DNA of 64,000 nucleotides. Origin: an uncultured delta proteobacterium (GTDB taxonomy: Bacteria; Desulfobacterota; Binatia; UBA9968). The stretch is taken from assembly GCA_963727625.1 (NCBI GenBank), contig CAVSHR010000007.1, positions 1 through 64,000 on the forward strand, in the 5' to 3' direction. Of the stretch, positions 30,287 through 41,182 are shown piece after piece (positions within the stretch are counted from its first letter, which is position 1; each line of letters opens with the position of its first letter). Below the pieces are notes generated by a model. It saw only the letters and a program-made list of their open reading frames with translations. It was not told where the DNA came from and made no database searches. The translations under genes and the position numbers were made by a program.

Positions 30287-30943
30287 ATGAAGAACGACCA
30301 ACCGCCTGCTTCAACCGCAGCGCCGACTGAGTTGCTCGTGCCGGGCGCAGCGCCGGCTGTGGAGGTGAACATCACCGCCGAGCTGGCGTCGGTGGACGTG
30401 ATGCATCATGGCCGGAAGGTCACGATCATGCGCAATCAGAATCAGAGCAACGCTGTCAATCCGGATTTCGCCAAGACTTCGCGCAAATGCCCACCATTTT
30501 GCATTCAGCCTAGCGAGCTGGCGCCTGGCGTGGAAACCATAGCGGAACTTGAAGTGTTGCACATTCTCAAGAAAATAAGCGACGGCGATGCGTCCGTGAT
30601 GGTGATCGACTCGCGTACACCCGCCTGGGTAGAAAAGGGCATCATCCCCGGGACGGTGAACATCCCGTGGAACACACTTAACATCGGCAAGTCGGAGCCG
30701 GCCGCCGTGCAAGAAATTCTGGAAAACCAACTGGGCGCCAAGCGGGGGGACGGCTTCTGGAACTTCGACAACGTCAAGACGCTGGTGCTGTTCTGCAATG
30801 GCCCTTGGTGCGGACAGTCATCGACCACGATCAAGGACCTGCTAAAAATCGGCTATCCGGCGCACAAAATCCTCTGGTATCGCGGCGGTATGCAGGATTG
30901 GGAAAGCCTCGGGCTGACCACCCTCAAGCCATTGGGCAAATAA
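30287..30943 (+). CDS. Rhodanese-like sulfurtransferase
   Basis: SRKCPPFCIQP, IDSR, FCNGPWCGQS active loop, WYRGGMQDW. Confidence 0.88.
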   Translation: MKNDQPPASTAAPTELLVPGAAPAVEVNITAELASVDVMHHGRKVTIMRNQNQSNAVNPDFAKTSRKCPPFCIQPSELAPGVETIAELEVLHILKKISDGDASVMVIDSRTPAWVEKGIIPGTVNIPWNTLNIGKSEPAAVQEILENQLGAKRGDGFWNFDNVKTLVLFCNGPWCGQSSTTIKDLLKIGYPAHKILWYRGGMQDWESLGLTTLKPLGK

Positions 30944-31081
30944 ACGTTTGCAGACGGCAGCCGCCAGCCTGGGTGTCCACCGTGGGTTCGCCGGCCGGCG
31001 GAATCTTTAGACCTCGGCACGGTGAAGTTCATATGGCAACTGTCGTATTAAAGTTCGGCACAAAAACGCCAAAGGACCAAG

Positions 31082-31942
31082 ATGCTTGATGGCGTGATGC
31101 TTCTGTGGTTTCTCCTTACCGCACTATCGCTGTTGTTTGTGGTGGTTGACATACGTACCACGCCGGCATCCCCGGTCCTCAAGTGGGGGTTTATATTACT
31201 CACTGCGTACACGGGGCCACTGGGTGCATTCCTGTATGTATTAGGTTGTCGCGAACCACTACCTGGGCTGCACGAACGCTTCGTCGCGACACGGTGGAGA
31301 CAGGTTCTGGGTTCGACCATGCATTGTGTAGCCGGCGATGGCGTGGGAATCTTGGCGGGCGCGGTCATCGCCAGCTTATTCCAATTACCCAGAGTTACAG
31401 ACATTGCGCTGGAGTACGCTTTGGGCTTCGGCTTCGGATGGAGTGTCTTCCAAGCTCTCTTTATGCGCGACATGGCAGGGGGTTCATATCTGCGTGCGCT
31501 CTCCAGCGCTTTCTTTCCGGAGTTGCTGTCTATGAACAGCCTCATGGCCGGCATGGTGCCGGCGGTGACTTTGGCAATGGCAAGCACTCCGGCAAGCCGC
31601 GATCCATCGGTGCCGTCATTCTGGTTCATAATGTCCATGGCCCTTCTTGTTGGTTTCATCACCGCGTATCCCATGAATTGGTGGTTGGTATCCCGACATA
31701 TGAAGCACGGCATGATAACGGTGCGACCACCGACGGAGTCTGCAGACCGTGGAGCACAAACAAGTATGCATGAGAATCACTCACCCAGTGAGCATTCTGG
31801 CGGCGTGCAACGAAAGAGCAAGCCCCCAATGGACGATGATGTGAAATCGGTATCAAACGGCGTCCTCGCTTGGATGACGATCCTCTCGTTTTTGGTATTT
31901 GGGCTGGGGGTTTCCATTTCTATTATTTGGGGCGGCCTATAG
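31082..31942 (+). CDS. DUF4396 membrane protein
   Basis: STMHCVAGDG.G, TAYPMNWWLV..HMKHGM, multiple TM segments. Confidence 0.82.
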   Translation: MLDGVMLLWFLLTALSLLFVVVDIRTTPASPVLKWGFILLTAYTGPLGAFLYVLGCREPLPGLHERFVATRWRQVLGSTMHCVAGDGVGILAGAVIASLFQLPRVTDIALEYALGFGFGWSVFQALFMRDMAGGSYLRALSSAFFPELLSMNSLMAGMVPAVTLAMASTPASRDPSVPSFWFIMSMALLVGFITAYPMNWWLVSRHMKHGMITVRPPTESADRGAQTSMHENHSPSEHSGGVQRKSKPPMDDDVKSVSNGVLAWMTILSFLVFGLGVSISIIWGGL

Positions 31943-31985
31943 CGCGTTGACGCGTGACAACAAGAACCAAGACAGAAACATGACC

Positions 31986-32175
31986 ATGAAAGAATCGAAT
32001 CCCATGACCAAGGACCCCATCCCCGGCAGGACTGTGGACGAAGCGCCCCCGCTGCGTGCGTGCCGAGCGTGATGGACGCACGTTCTACTTTTGCAGCGAG
32101 CACTGCCAGAAACAGTTTCTGTCAACGCTCGTTCAAAGCATGGCAGAGCGCGGTCGCTCAGGTAAGGGGTTGTAA
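31986..32175 (+). pseudogene. YHS-domain metal-binding protein, decayed
   Basis: MTKDPIPGRTVDE (DPxCGM degenerated), GCGT 4-bp duplication near 32054-32061, then AERDGRTFYFCSEHCQKQFLS. Confidence 0.8.
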
Positions 32176-32180
32176 CTTTA
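32119..32180 (+). repeat. 62-bp direct repeat, copy 2
   Basis: Matches 10649-10710. Confidence 0.9.
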
Positions 32181-32249
32181 TCGGTAGAAATGAATCATAC
32201 TTACGGATGATGAAATATTAACCCGAGAGAAGATAAAGAGGAAATTATT

Positions 32250-32471
32250 ATGATGGGATTCGGAGGTATTTTTGGAATCCTGCTGATCGGAGTGATTGTG
32301 TGGGCCGTCATTCAGTTTATGAATAAAAACAGTTCCAGCAAACCATTTACTTCCAATCGGCAGGAGCCGTCGGCTGATAAAGAAAATGCGCTGGACGTTC
32401 TGAAAAAACGCTATGCCCGCGGAGAGATCAACCAGGAAGAATATGAGCGGATGAAAGAACGTGTGAAATAA
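32250..32471 (+). CDS. Small SHOCT-domain membrane protein
   Basis: MMGFGG TM then ALDVLKKRYARGEINQEEYERMK. Confidence 0.85.
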   Translation: MMGFGGIFGILLIGVIVWAVIQFMNKNSSSKPFTSNRQEPSADKENALDVLKKRYARGEINQEEYERMKERVK

Positions 32472-32528
32472 TTGGGAAGTACCTTAAGACACCCAAGGAA
32501 GGCGCTCCGAGGTATTATTTGAAGAGCC

Positions 32529-33089
32529 ATGGTGAAGCAGAACATATTTCAAAAGAATCTCATGTTCGTGGTCACCCTGCTCAGCCTGCTAGCGTTCCAA
32601 AGTTCTTCTCTGGCAGCCGGCGGCTTAATTGGCTCCGCGGCTCCCTATTTTAGAGTTCAATCGGGCGATGACAAGACACTGACCTTAGCTATGATCAAGG
32701 GCAAGGTCGCCGTCATATTCTACCAGAACAAAGACATTCTGGACGCCAACAAGAGACTAAAGGATGAATTAAATAAACTGTATTACGAGCAGACGGATGC
32801 CTTAAAAGACGTTCTAGTAAGACTCCCCATTATCGATTGTTCGCATGCATTCTGGCTCCTCCGGGGGATATGGAAAAGTAGACTCAGGGAATACTCTAAG
32901 AAAGAGGGCCTCACCATATACGGTGACTGGAATGGCAAGATGTCGTCCGACTATAAGATGAAAGCCGGCATGAGCAACGTCGTCATCATCGATAAAGGTG
33001 GAAGAATAAGGTTTTTTACCTCGGGGGAGGTCAAGCCTGAAGAGATCAATGCCGTGAAGGAACTATTGATAGCTTTAGCAAGAGAGTAA
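32529..33089 (+). CDS. Secreted YtfJ-like / thioredoxin-fold protein
   Basis: Signal peptide, APYF...GKVAVIFY, IYGDWNG, VVIIDKGGRI; no CxxC. Confidence 0.65.
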   Translation: MVKQNIFQKNLMFVVTLLSLLAFQSSSLAAGGLIGSAAPYFRVQSGDDKTLTLAMIKGKVAVIFYQNKDILDANKRLKDELNKLYYEQTDALKDVLVRLPIIDCSHAFWLLRGIWKSRLREYSKKEGLTIYGDWNGKMSSDYKMKAGMSNVVIIDKGGRIRFFTSGEVKPEEINAVKELLIALARE

Positions 33090-33353
33090 GGAATAGGAGA
33101 GCTATCGCCCCGGTCACAAAAATTAGAAAAGATGGGGCAATTTCCTCAAAAAAAGGATGTTTCGATGCAGCCATGCCTGATTGTGGCATTAGAGGTTAGC
33201 CATTTTAACTGTCATCTTTGCACTGCAAAATGCTATTCCCGGTCGTGTGACTTTTTGAGTTTGGAAATTTGAAGGCTCGTTGGCTTTGGCGCCGATGCTA
33301 ACATTTGCCTTGGGAGTTTTAATGAGTTTGTTGGTATCGATTCCTGCTATACG

Positions 33354-33524
33354 AGTGTGGTGTCTCTTAAATCGGGAGATTTATTTGCGTCATTCCGGCC
33401 AAGCTGGCGTTAGCTAGCGCGAGCCGGAATCCAGAAAGGCCAAAAAAACCTGGATTCCCGCTTCCGCGGGAATGACGACTAAGGCCGTCTTGGATAAAGT
33501 ACAAACAGCGTGAGACACACCACT
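33354..33524. mobile_element. Degenerate MITE-like element enclosing a REP-like palindrome
   Basis: Imperfect IRs AGTGTGGTGTCTC and GAGACACACCACT; internal GTCATTCC..GGAATCCAG..CTGGATTCCCGC..GCGGGAATGAC (33388-33477). Confidence 0.6.
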
Positions 33525-33662
33525 GGAAAGAAGATCGGCAATTTCAAATCAGAAGAAGAAGATTGAGGAGCTGGAGAATAGATTACGGAAAAGCATTCCA
33601 CCGTCGGGATGAAAACTACGCTACGGAGAACAATATCTTGATCTATTCACCTCTTTTGCCGA

Positions 33663-33775
33663 TTGTATCTGTCGCGCCAGGGTCAAGAGGCGATGCAAAC
33701 CGATGAGCCGGTCGAAGCTAACCGCGTTGATAACTTAGGGGAGCCGGTCCCGGGCGATCATGGCGCACACGCAGT
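33663..33775 (+). pseudogene. C-terminal relic of an SDR oxidoreductase (stress-associated subgroup)
   Basis: YLSRQGQEAMQTDEPVEANRVDNLGEPVPGDHGAH resembles the Q.T.EP...R.DNL.EPV.GD.GAHG tail. Confidence 0.55.
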
Positions 33776-33937
33776 TTCGCTGCGCGGTTGCGTCAATGGA
33801 GTTCTCCGTTCCAGACGACGAAGAATAGAAAATGGCTCGCATTGGCAGGGGTTGTCCTGACGGCCATAGTTTTCGATTGCTGGAGAAAATCCACAGGCAG
33901 AGAAGAGTTCCTAGCCTCTGAGGATGGCTTATAAACT

Positions 33938-34795
33938 ATGAACTCAGCCATTTTGGGAGGGCTTACGCTCAAGGATCTCGCTTTAAAAACCTGGAGGGCA
34001 ATTTATCAACACAACTGCCTTGGCAGGGCCGCAGAGCTTGCTTTTTACTTTCTGCTGGCTTTGTTCCCCTTGCTCATTTTTTTGCTAAACCTGATCAGTT
34101 TTATGCCTGGCGTTCAGGAAACTATTCTGTTTTGGCTATCGAGGCTGATGCCTCCGGATGCGACCCGTATAGTGGAAACCTGGGTCCAGAATGTTTTTGC
34201 CAATCGCAGCGGTGGTCTGATCTCTTTCGGCCTGATCTTTTCACTGTGGGCAGCATCGAGCGGTGTGGAAGCGTTGATTGCCGCGCTCAACAGCGCTTAC
34301 GAGGTTGAGGAAGGACGGCCGTTCTGGAAGGCGCGGCTCGTGGCACTGGGATTGGTTATTGCGCTGTGCCTTCTCGTCATCGGAGGTGCGGTGCTTATAA
34401 CGTTCGGCGACCCACTGGCTCGAGGCCTGGCCAATCTGGTCGGCTATCAAAAAACCATCGGCACGATATGGCTCATCATTCGCTACTTAATGGGTGTGGC
34501 CATGTTGATTATCGGGATGGCGGTCATCTATGTCTTCGCTCCGAACGTCAGGCAAAGATGGACCTGGATCGCTCCCGGCGCCCTGTTTGCCGTAGTGACC
34601 TTTGTAAGCGCTTCTTATCTGTTTTCCCTCTATATCCGGTATGCTGCGAGCTACAATGCCATCTATGGAAGTCTCGGGGCAGTCATCGTCCTGATGCTCT
34701 GGTTGTACCTTATGGGGCTCATCACGTACATTGGCGGCGAGATCAATTCCCAGATCGCAAGCGCTGCCGGAAAGCGTGTGGTGCGTAAGGTGTAG
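33938..34795 (+). CDS. YihY / virulence factor BrkB family membrane protein
   Basis: AAELAFYFLLALFP, ALNSAY, YNAIYGSLGAVIVLMLWLY, GGEIN. Confidence 0.92.
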   Translation: MNSAILGGLTLKDLALKTWRAIYQHNCLGRAAELAFYFLLALFPLLIFLLNLISFMPGVQETILFWLSRLMPPDATRIVETWVQNVFANRSGGLISFGLIFSLWAASSGVEALIAALNSAYEVEEGRPFWKARLVALGLVIALCLLVIGGAVLITFGDPLARGLANLVGYQKTIGTIWLIIRYLMGVAMLIIGMAVIYVFAPNVRQRWTWIAPGALFAVVTFVSASYLFSLYIRYAASYNAIYGSLGAVIVLMLWLYLMGLITYIGGEINSQIASAAGKRVVRKV

Positions 34796-34864
34796 CGGGA
34801 CTATTGCCCTGCTCTTTTTCGCCGAACTTAGAATGACCATCGGCGAAGCAGTGGTGCGGCGGGG

Positions 34865-34912
34865 GCGGTTTTGTATATGGTGAGCGACGAAGCCGCCTAC
34901 GTGACCGGCACG
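34865..34912 (+). pseudogene. Short relic of an SDR C-terminus
   Basis: AVLYMVSDEAAYVTGT matches the classical SDR AVL.L.SD.A.YVTG motif. Confidence 0.5.
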
Positions 34913-35020
34913 CCGCGCTTCGAACTATTTTGACCTATGAATAAAAACTCCATCGCCTTTGGCGGGCCATGGTTTGAGCCGCGCCGGACACCGCAGCACG
35001 AGGCTTGCGTGGCCTGAAAT

Positions 35021-36244
<1,224 letters not shown>

Positions 36245-36429
36245 AAGTGCCGCATTCATCGACGACCAATGGAACGTTTGCCGCTTTCTCGGCTTTGACC
36301 GAAAAAAGAAATTTGAATATGCGCCGAAATCCAGCTCTCGGCTGGATCCATTTTCGGCGGGTGGTGTCCCCCCTATAATGTCTGGTGGGGTCAACACCCC
36401 ATCGCGCTCTCAGCAGGCGAAGCAGGATC

Positions 36430-37860
36430 ATGCTCGATTATTTGATCAATTTTGTCGGCGACCTCGGTCATTGGGGTTACCTCGTCATCTTTATTGTCGT
36501 GGCGCTGGAATGCCAGGCGCTGTTGGGCGTGGTCATGCCGGGCGAGAGCCTTGTGGTGGCGGGAGGATTCTTCGCGGAACAAGGGCTGCTCGATCCGGGT
36601 GTCCTGATCGTTGTGATCTCCATAGCTGCCATTCTCGGTGATAGCATTGGCTACGAATTCGGGCGGCATCTGGGACGAGGATGGCTGCTGAAACATGGGG
36701 CGCGATTTGGGCTGCGTCAGGAGCACCTGGATCACGTCGATAGTTTCTTCGTGCGCCATGGCGGCAAGGCCGTTTTCGGCAGTCACTTCCTGCATCTGTT
36801 GCGAGCGCTGATGCCCTTCGTCGCTGGTGCCCGCCGCATGCGCTATCCGAAGTTCCTCCTCTTCAATGCGGCGGGCTGCATCGTCTGGGCGACCGTGTAC
36901 GTCTTGCTTGGCTATTTGGCAGGGAAGAGCTGGCATGTGGCCGCGAAATGGATCGGTCGCGCCAGCGAAATTGGCGGTGGCGCGCTGCTGCTCGCCATCG
37001 CGCTGGGCTGGCTTTGGCGCTGGCTGGGGCGGCACGAGGCCGATGTCAAGCAGCGCTGGCAGGAGGTGGCGGAACATCCGCGCGTGGTAGCCCTGCGCCG
37101 ACGATTTACTCCCCAACTGGAATTTCTTCTCGATCGTCTCTCGCCGGGCGGCTATCTGGGACTTCATCTGACGATTGGGGTCCTGCTCCTCATCGGCGCG
37201 TCCTGGTTGTTCGGTGGCATCGCACAAGACGTGGTAGCCGGCGATCCGCTGACGGTTATCGACAAAATCATCGCGGAGTGGTTCCACGAGCGCCGGACTC
37301 CAGGACTGACGACAACGTTCCAGCTTGTGACCGGTCTCGCCTCGCCCACCTGGGTGACGGGCGTCACGCTGGTTAGCGCGCTTGTTTTGTGGTGGAAGCG
37401 GTGCTGGTATCGGTTGCTGGCCTTGGTGCTCGTCCTACCCGGTGGCATGGTCCTGGACTTTCTACTGAAAATTCTCTTCCAGCGTCACCGTCCCAGTTTC
37501 GCGGGTTCGTTCCTGATCTTCCACGGCTATAGTTTTCCGAGCGGTCACACGATGGCGGCCACGTTGCTGTATGGAGTGTTGGCCTCTTTTGCGGTCATCG
37601 CGCTCGAAGCCTGGCGCTGGCGAGTGGGGGCCGTCCTCGGCGCGTTCGTCATGGTTCTGCTGGTCGGTTTTAGCCGCGTGTACTTGGGTGCTCATTATCC
37701 AAGTGATGTGCTGGGAGGCGCGGCGGCCGGCTTCGCTTGGCTGGTGTTGTGTCTTACCGCTGTAGATACACTGCGCCGCAGCCGCACCCCCTATGCGGCG
37801 TCCCAGCTAGGAACACGAGGCACTCAGGGTCACGTCGGGACGAGAGGCGATACCCGCTGA
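36430..37860 (+). CDS. Bifunctional DedA / PAP2 phosphatase membrane protein
   Basis: DedA motifs PGE, GDSIGY and FVAGA; PAP2 motifs RHRP, FPSGH and SRVYLGAHYPSD. Confidence 0.92.
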   Translation: MLDYLINFVGDLGHWGYLVIFIVVALECQALLGVVMPGESLVVAGGFFAEQGLLDPGVLIVVISIAAILGDSIGYEFGRHLGRGWLLKHGARFGLRQEHLDHVDSFFVRHGGKAVFGSHFLHLLRALMPFVAGARRMRYPKFLLFNAAGCIVWATVYVLLGYLAGKSWHVAAKWIGRASEIGGGALLLAIALGWLWRWLGRHEADVKQRWQEVAEHPRVVALRRRFTPQLEFLLDRLSPGGYLGLHLTIGVLLLIGASWLFGGIAQDVVAGDPLTVIDKIIAEWFHERRTPGLTTTFQLVTGLASPTWVTGVTLVSALVLWWKRCWYRLLALVLVLPGGMVLDFLLKILFQRHRPSFAGSFLIFHGYSFPSGHTMAATLLYGVLASFAVIALEAWRWRVGAVLGAFVMVLLVGFSRVYLGAHYPSDVLGGAAAGFAWLVLCLTAVDTLRRSRTPYAASQLGTRGTQGHVGTRGDTR

Positions 37861-37866
37861 ACGTAA

Positions 37867-38313
37867 GCGCAGGCCATGATTAAGCTTCACAGGTCGAAAG
37901 GTTTTCTGGACCGAATGTGTCGCTGACAAAACGCTCGAAGGGACACTTCGAGCACTCCAAGGTCCCGTTAGCGTGTAAGTTGGGCTATAAGGATTGGGCC
38001 GAGAGCTGAGGCATTTCACCTCGGCGGCTCGCTATTATGCCACACCTCCACAGGCGCTAATTTCCGCCAGGACGCCCTGCGTCTCTGGAGCGCCTATGAA
38101 ATCTCGCCTTACCGTGCGAACAACCGGCGAAGATTTATTGCTGTTGCGACTTTCCCTTCCGGCATTGTTCTTGCGCCATTTAGTTAGCAGTAAGACCGTG
38201 ACTCGCTGTTTGAGGGATTCATGCATAAATAAATCTTTTCAAGTTGGTCCACTATTAGACAGCAATCTCTCGTGAAAAAAAATAGGTTCAGTAACATAAC
38301 AAGGAGATAAATC
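37867..38313 (+). repeat. Regulatory cassette copy B
   Basis: UAS centres at 38015 and 38036, sigma54 core at 38160-38174, palindrome at 38247-38260. Confidence 0.88.
38160..38174 (+). promoter_or_regulatory. sigma54 (-24/-12) promoter
   Basis: CGGCATTGTTCTTGC. Confidence 0.75.
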
Positions 38314-38427
38314 ATGGCTGAGAATAACGCAGTAGTGGGGGTCTACGACTCCCACACCGAGACAGAAGCGAGCCGGCACGGGATGAGTCAACGGGCGGGC
38401 GTTCCGGTGAGGTGGGATAAATGTTGA
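38314..38427 (+). CDS. 37-aa chimeric leader ORF
   Basis: MAENNAVVGVYDSHTETEAS-RHGMSQRAGVPVRWDKC; AAGGAG RBS; stop 16 bp before ATG 38444. Confidence 0.55.
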   Translation: MAENNAVVGVYDSHTETEASRHGMSQRAGVPVRWDKC

Positions 38428-38443
38428 TTCTCAAGGGAAGACA

Positions 38444-39178
38444 ATGAGACTCACCCTCAAGCCTCTGAACGCAGTCGCTCTGATCGCAACCGCACTGCAT
38501 TCTGGCGCTGCTTTCGCCCAAACCGCGGGCACCTCAGTCACGCCCAAGACGGGCCTAGCCCAGAGCCAGCAGGTGTCGACGGTGGCAGCCACCGGCAAAA
38601 CAAATCCCCTGGCCGGCGGCGCCGAGATCTTCGAGAACCTTAGTGAGGCCTCGTCGGTAATCGATGCGGCCGCGCTCAAGAAATCGTTGTCCGAATTTGA
38701 GGTGCTCTACCCCGAGATTTCTCGGCGTCTGTCTGCCGACGGAAAAATGCGTTTGGACGCGCTGGTGACCGGCGTTCGCAACGCCTGGCAGAAGAGAGAT
38801 CGCAGCGCGATGGCGATCCACTCCATTGAAGTCTACCGCTTGTTCCAGGAGTCGATCGATCATAGCGGTCAGCCAGTGCCCGTCGAAGTTCCCATGCTCG
38901 ATTACGCAGGTTTTAAGCTTAATGGCCTGCTGCTTTCGACTCGACCGGATTGGAGGCAAGTCGCCAAGACAGTGCAAGAGGCGTCGAAATGGTGGACTGC
39001 CATCGGACCCCGGATCACGGACAAGACCCTCCAGGATGCCATGGATCACACCCTTGACGGCATCAAGGAGGCCGCCGCCCGGAAAGATCCCAAGCTTCTG
39101 CGCTTCGCAGCGAAAATGGACCTCATCCTGGTGGACGGTCTGGAAACTTTCTTCAGTTCCCACCCACCTCCCAGATGA
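38444..39178 (+). CDS. Secreted helical hypothetical protein
   Basis: Signal peptide (AFA-Q), FENLSE and VPMLDYAGF motifs. Confidence 0.7.
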   Translation: MRLTLKPLNAVALIATALHSGAAFAQTAGTSVTPKTGLAQSQQVSTVAATGKTNPLAGGAEIFENLSEASSVIDAAALKKSLSEFEVLYPEISRRLSADGKMRLDALVTGVRNAWQKRDRSAMAIHSIEVYRLFQESIDHSGQPVPVEVPMLDYAGFKLNGLLLSTRPDWRQVAKTVQEASKWWTAIGPRITDKTLQDAMDHTLDGIKEAAARKDPKLLRFAAKMDLILVDGLETFFSSHPPPR

Positions 39179-39261
39179 CGCCCCAATCGCAATCCGTGCA
39201 GATCAATGGCAACCCGGAGCGGATTTACCACCGAACCGAGCTTAATAGGAGTTTATAGCAG

Positions 39262-39507
39262 ATGGATATGAATATGAAGGCCGAAGATCATGCTGTCGTG
39301 CAACGCATGCTTAACAAGGTTCCGGAAGTCACGCTCTACTTCTGGATCATCAAGATCATGGCAACCACGGTTGGCGAGACCGCGGCCGACCTCTTGTCAG
39401 TCAAGCTCAATCTCGGCCTCACCATCACCTCCTTTGTGATGGGCGCACTGTTGCTGTTGATGATGCTGGTCCAGCTACACTCCCGTGAGTACGTGCCGTC
39501 GATTTGA
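39262..39507 (+). pseudogene. 5' stub of a COG4705 (DUF347-repeat) membrane protein
   Basis: MLNKVPEVTLYFWIIKIMATTVGETAAD; truncated after about 80 aa. Confidence 0.8.
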
Positions 39508-39519
39508 GGAAGGAGCTTG

Positions 39520-39600
39520 CCGGTGTCCCGCCGCCACGAGACGGCTTACCACGACTACTACGGTCGCCCCTATCATTGGAGTGGCCCATATTTCTGAGGA
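39520..39600 (+). pseudogene. Internal relic of a third PRC-barrel gene
   Basis: PVSRRHETAYHDYYGRPYHWSGPYF*G versus PVSRQHEAYYHDYYGYPYYWTGPYLWG. Confidence 0.85.
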
Positions 39601-39635
39601 GCGATAGGCTTTAACATCACCACATAGGAGGCAAA

Positions 39636-40259
39636 ATGATAAGCAATGACAAAATTGAAAGTGCATCTCCGCATGTCCTGCCGTCCCTGCCCTACGCGGA
39701 AAACGCGCTGGACCCGGTAATCTCCGCAAAAACGATGGGCTTCCACTACGGCAAGCATCACAGGGGATATGTCGATAACCTGAACAAGCTGGTAGCAGGA
39801 ACGAAGTTTGCGGGCCTGCCGTTGGAGAAGATCATCACCGCGACAGCCGGCAAAGCTGACAAGACCGCGATCTTCAACAATGCAGCGCAAACATGGAACC
39901 ACATATTTTACTGGCGCAGCATGAGGCCGAAGGGGGGCGGTGAACCAGCCGCAGTGTTGAAGCAAAAGATCGAGGCTTCCTTCGGCACCGCGGATGCGTG
40001 CAAGAAGGAGTTGGCGGCTGCAGCAATGAGTCAGTTCGGCAGCGGCTGGGCCTGGCTCGTGGCGGATGGCGCCAAGCTCAAGGTGGTCAAAACTGCCGAT
40101 GCAGACGTGCCGATGACCACTGGCATGAAACCGTTATTGACCATCGATGTGTGGGAACACGCCTACTACTTGGATTACCAGAACCGACGCGCGGACTATG
40201 TCAACGCAGTGCTGGATAAACTGATTAATTGGAATTTCGCGGCAGAGAACCTTAGCTGA
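39636..40259 (+). CDS. sodB: Fe superoxide dismutase
   Basis: [16 protein letters not shown] (Fe-type), [14 protein letters not shown]. Confidence 0.93.
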   Translation: MISNDKIESASPHVLPSLPYAENALDPVISAKTMGFHYGKHHRGYVDNLNKLVAGTKFAGLPLEKIITATAGKADKTAIFNNAAQTWNHIFYWRSMRPKGGGEPAAVLKQKIEASFGTADACKKELAAAAMSQFGSGWAWLVADGAKLKVVKTADADVPMTTGMKPLLTIDVWEHAYYLDYQNRRADYVNAVLDKLINWNFAAENLS

Positions 40260-40368
40260 TGGCAGCCTGAACGGTTGCATGCTTTGTCCTAAAACGAGAC
40301 TAACGGGACGCTCGATCCGCCGCGCGCTGCACGACACGGATGAGATAGATTAAGAGGAGGGAAAGAGC

Positions 40369-41133
40369 ATGCAAAAAAGTACAAGGGATCAGAAGGGTAA
40401 TACGATCGTCGCAATCGATGGCGAGATTGGCAAGGTGGATGATTTCTATTTCGACGACAAATCCTGGACCATCCGATATCTGGTGGCCGACACCGGGAAT
40501 TGGCTTTTGGGCCGTAAGGTACTGCTCTCGCCGATCGCAATAGGCAAGGCGGATTTTTCCAGCGGGCGGTTCAACGTGACGCTGACCAAGAAGCAAGTCG
40601 AGGAGAGCCCCAGCATTGACACCGACAAGCCGGTTTCACGCCAGCACGAGGCCTATTACCATGACTACTACGGTTACCCCTATTATTGGACGGGTCCTTA
40701 TTTGTGGGGCCCCATGTACTTTCCTCAGCTCCCAGTCGCCACTCAAAAACGAGTTGAAGAACGGCGCTCGGAGCGAGAAGAAGCGGGGGATTTGCATCTG
40801 CGCAGCGCTGCTCACGTGACCGGCTATCACATCGAGGCCACGGATGGCGGCGTCGGTCATGTCGAAGACTTTATCATTGACGATGAAACCTGGGAGATTC
40901 GCTACATGGTGGTGGATACGCGGAATTGGTTGCCGGGCAAGAAGGTGCTGATCTCGCCGCGGTGGATCGATCGGGTGAGCTGGAACGATTCTAAAGTTTA
41001 CGTGAGCTTGGCCCGAGAGGCGATCAAAAATGTTCCCGAGTATCATCCGGACACTCTCAACCGGGATTACGAGGTGAAGCTGCACGATCATTACGATCGG
41101 CCGAAGTATTGGGATTCAACGACGTTGTTTTGA
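40369..41133 (+). CDS. Tandem PRC-barrel protein, copy 1
   Basis: Two repeats of DG.IG.V.DF..DD..W.IRYLV.DT..WL.GKKVL.SP. Confidence 0.9.
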   Translation: MQKSTRDQKGNTIVAIDGEIGKVDDFYFDDKSWTIRYLVADTGNWLLGRKVLLSPIAIGKADFSSGRFNVTLTKKQVEESPSIDTDKPVSRQHEAYYHDYYGYPYYWTGPYLWGPMYFPQLPVATQKRVEERRSEREEAGDLHLRSAAHVTGYHIEATDGGVGHVEDFIIDDETWEIRYMVVDTRNWLPGKKVLISPRWIDRVSWNDSKVYVSLAREAIKNVPEYHPDTLNRDYEVKLHDHYDRPKYWDSTTLF

Positions 41134-41182
41134 GTTGCTGGCCGCAGAAATGCCAGAACAGAGTGAGACCGGGGAGCCGATT

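Noticed and set aside
33332-33347. sigma54 promoter TGGTATCGATTCCTGC
   Set aside because: GG-to-GC spacing is 11, not the required 10
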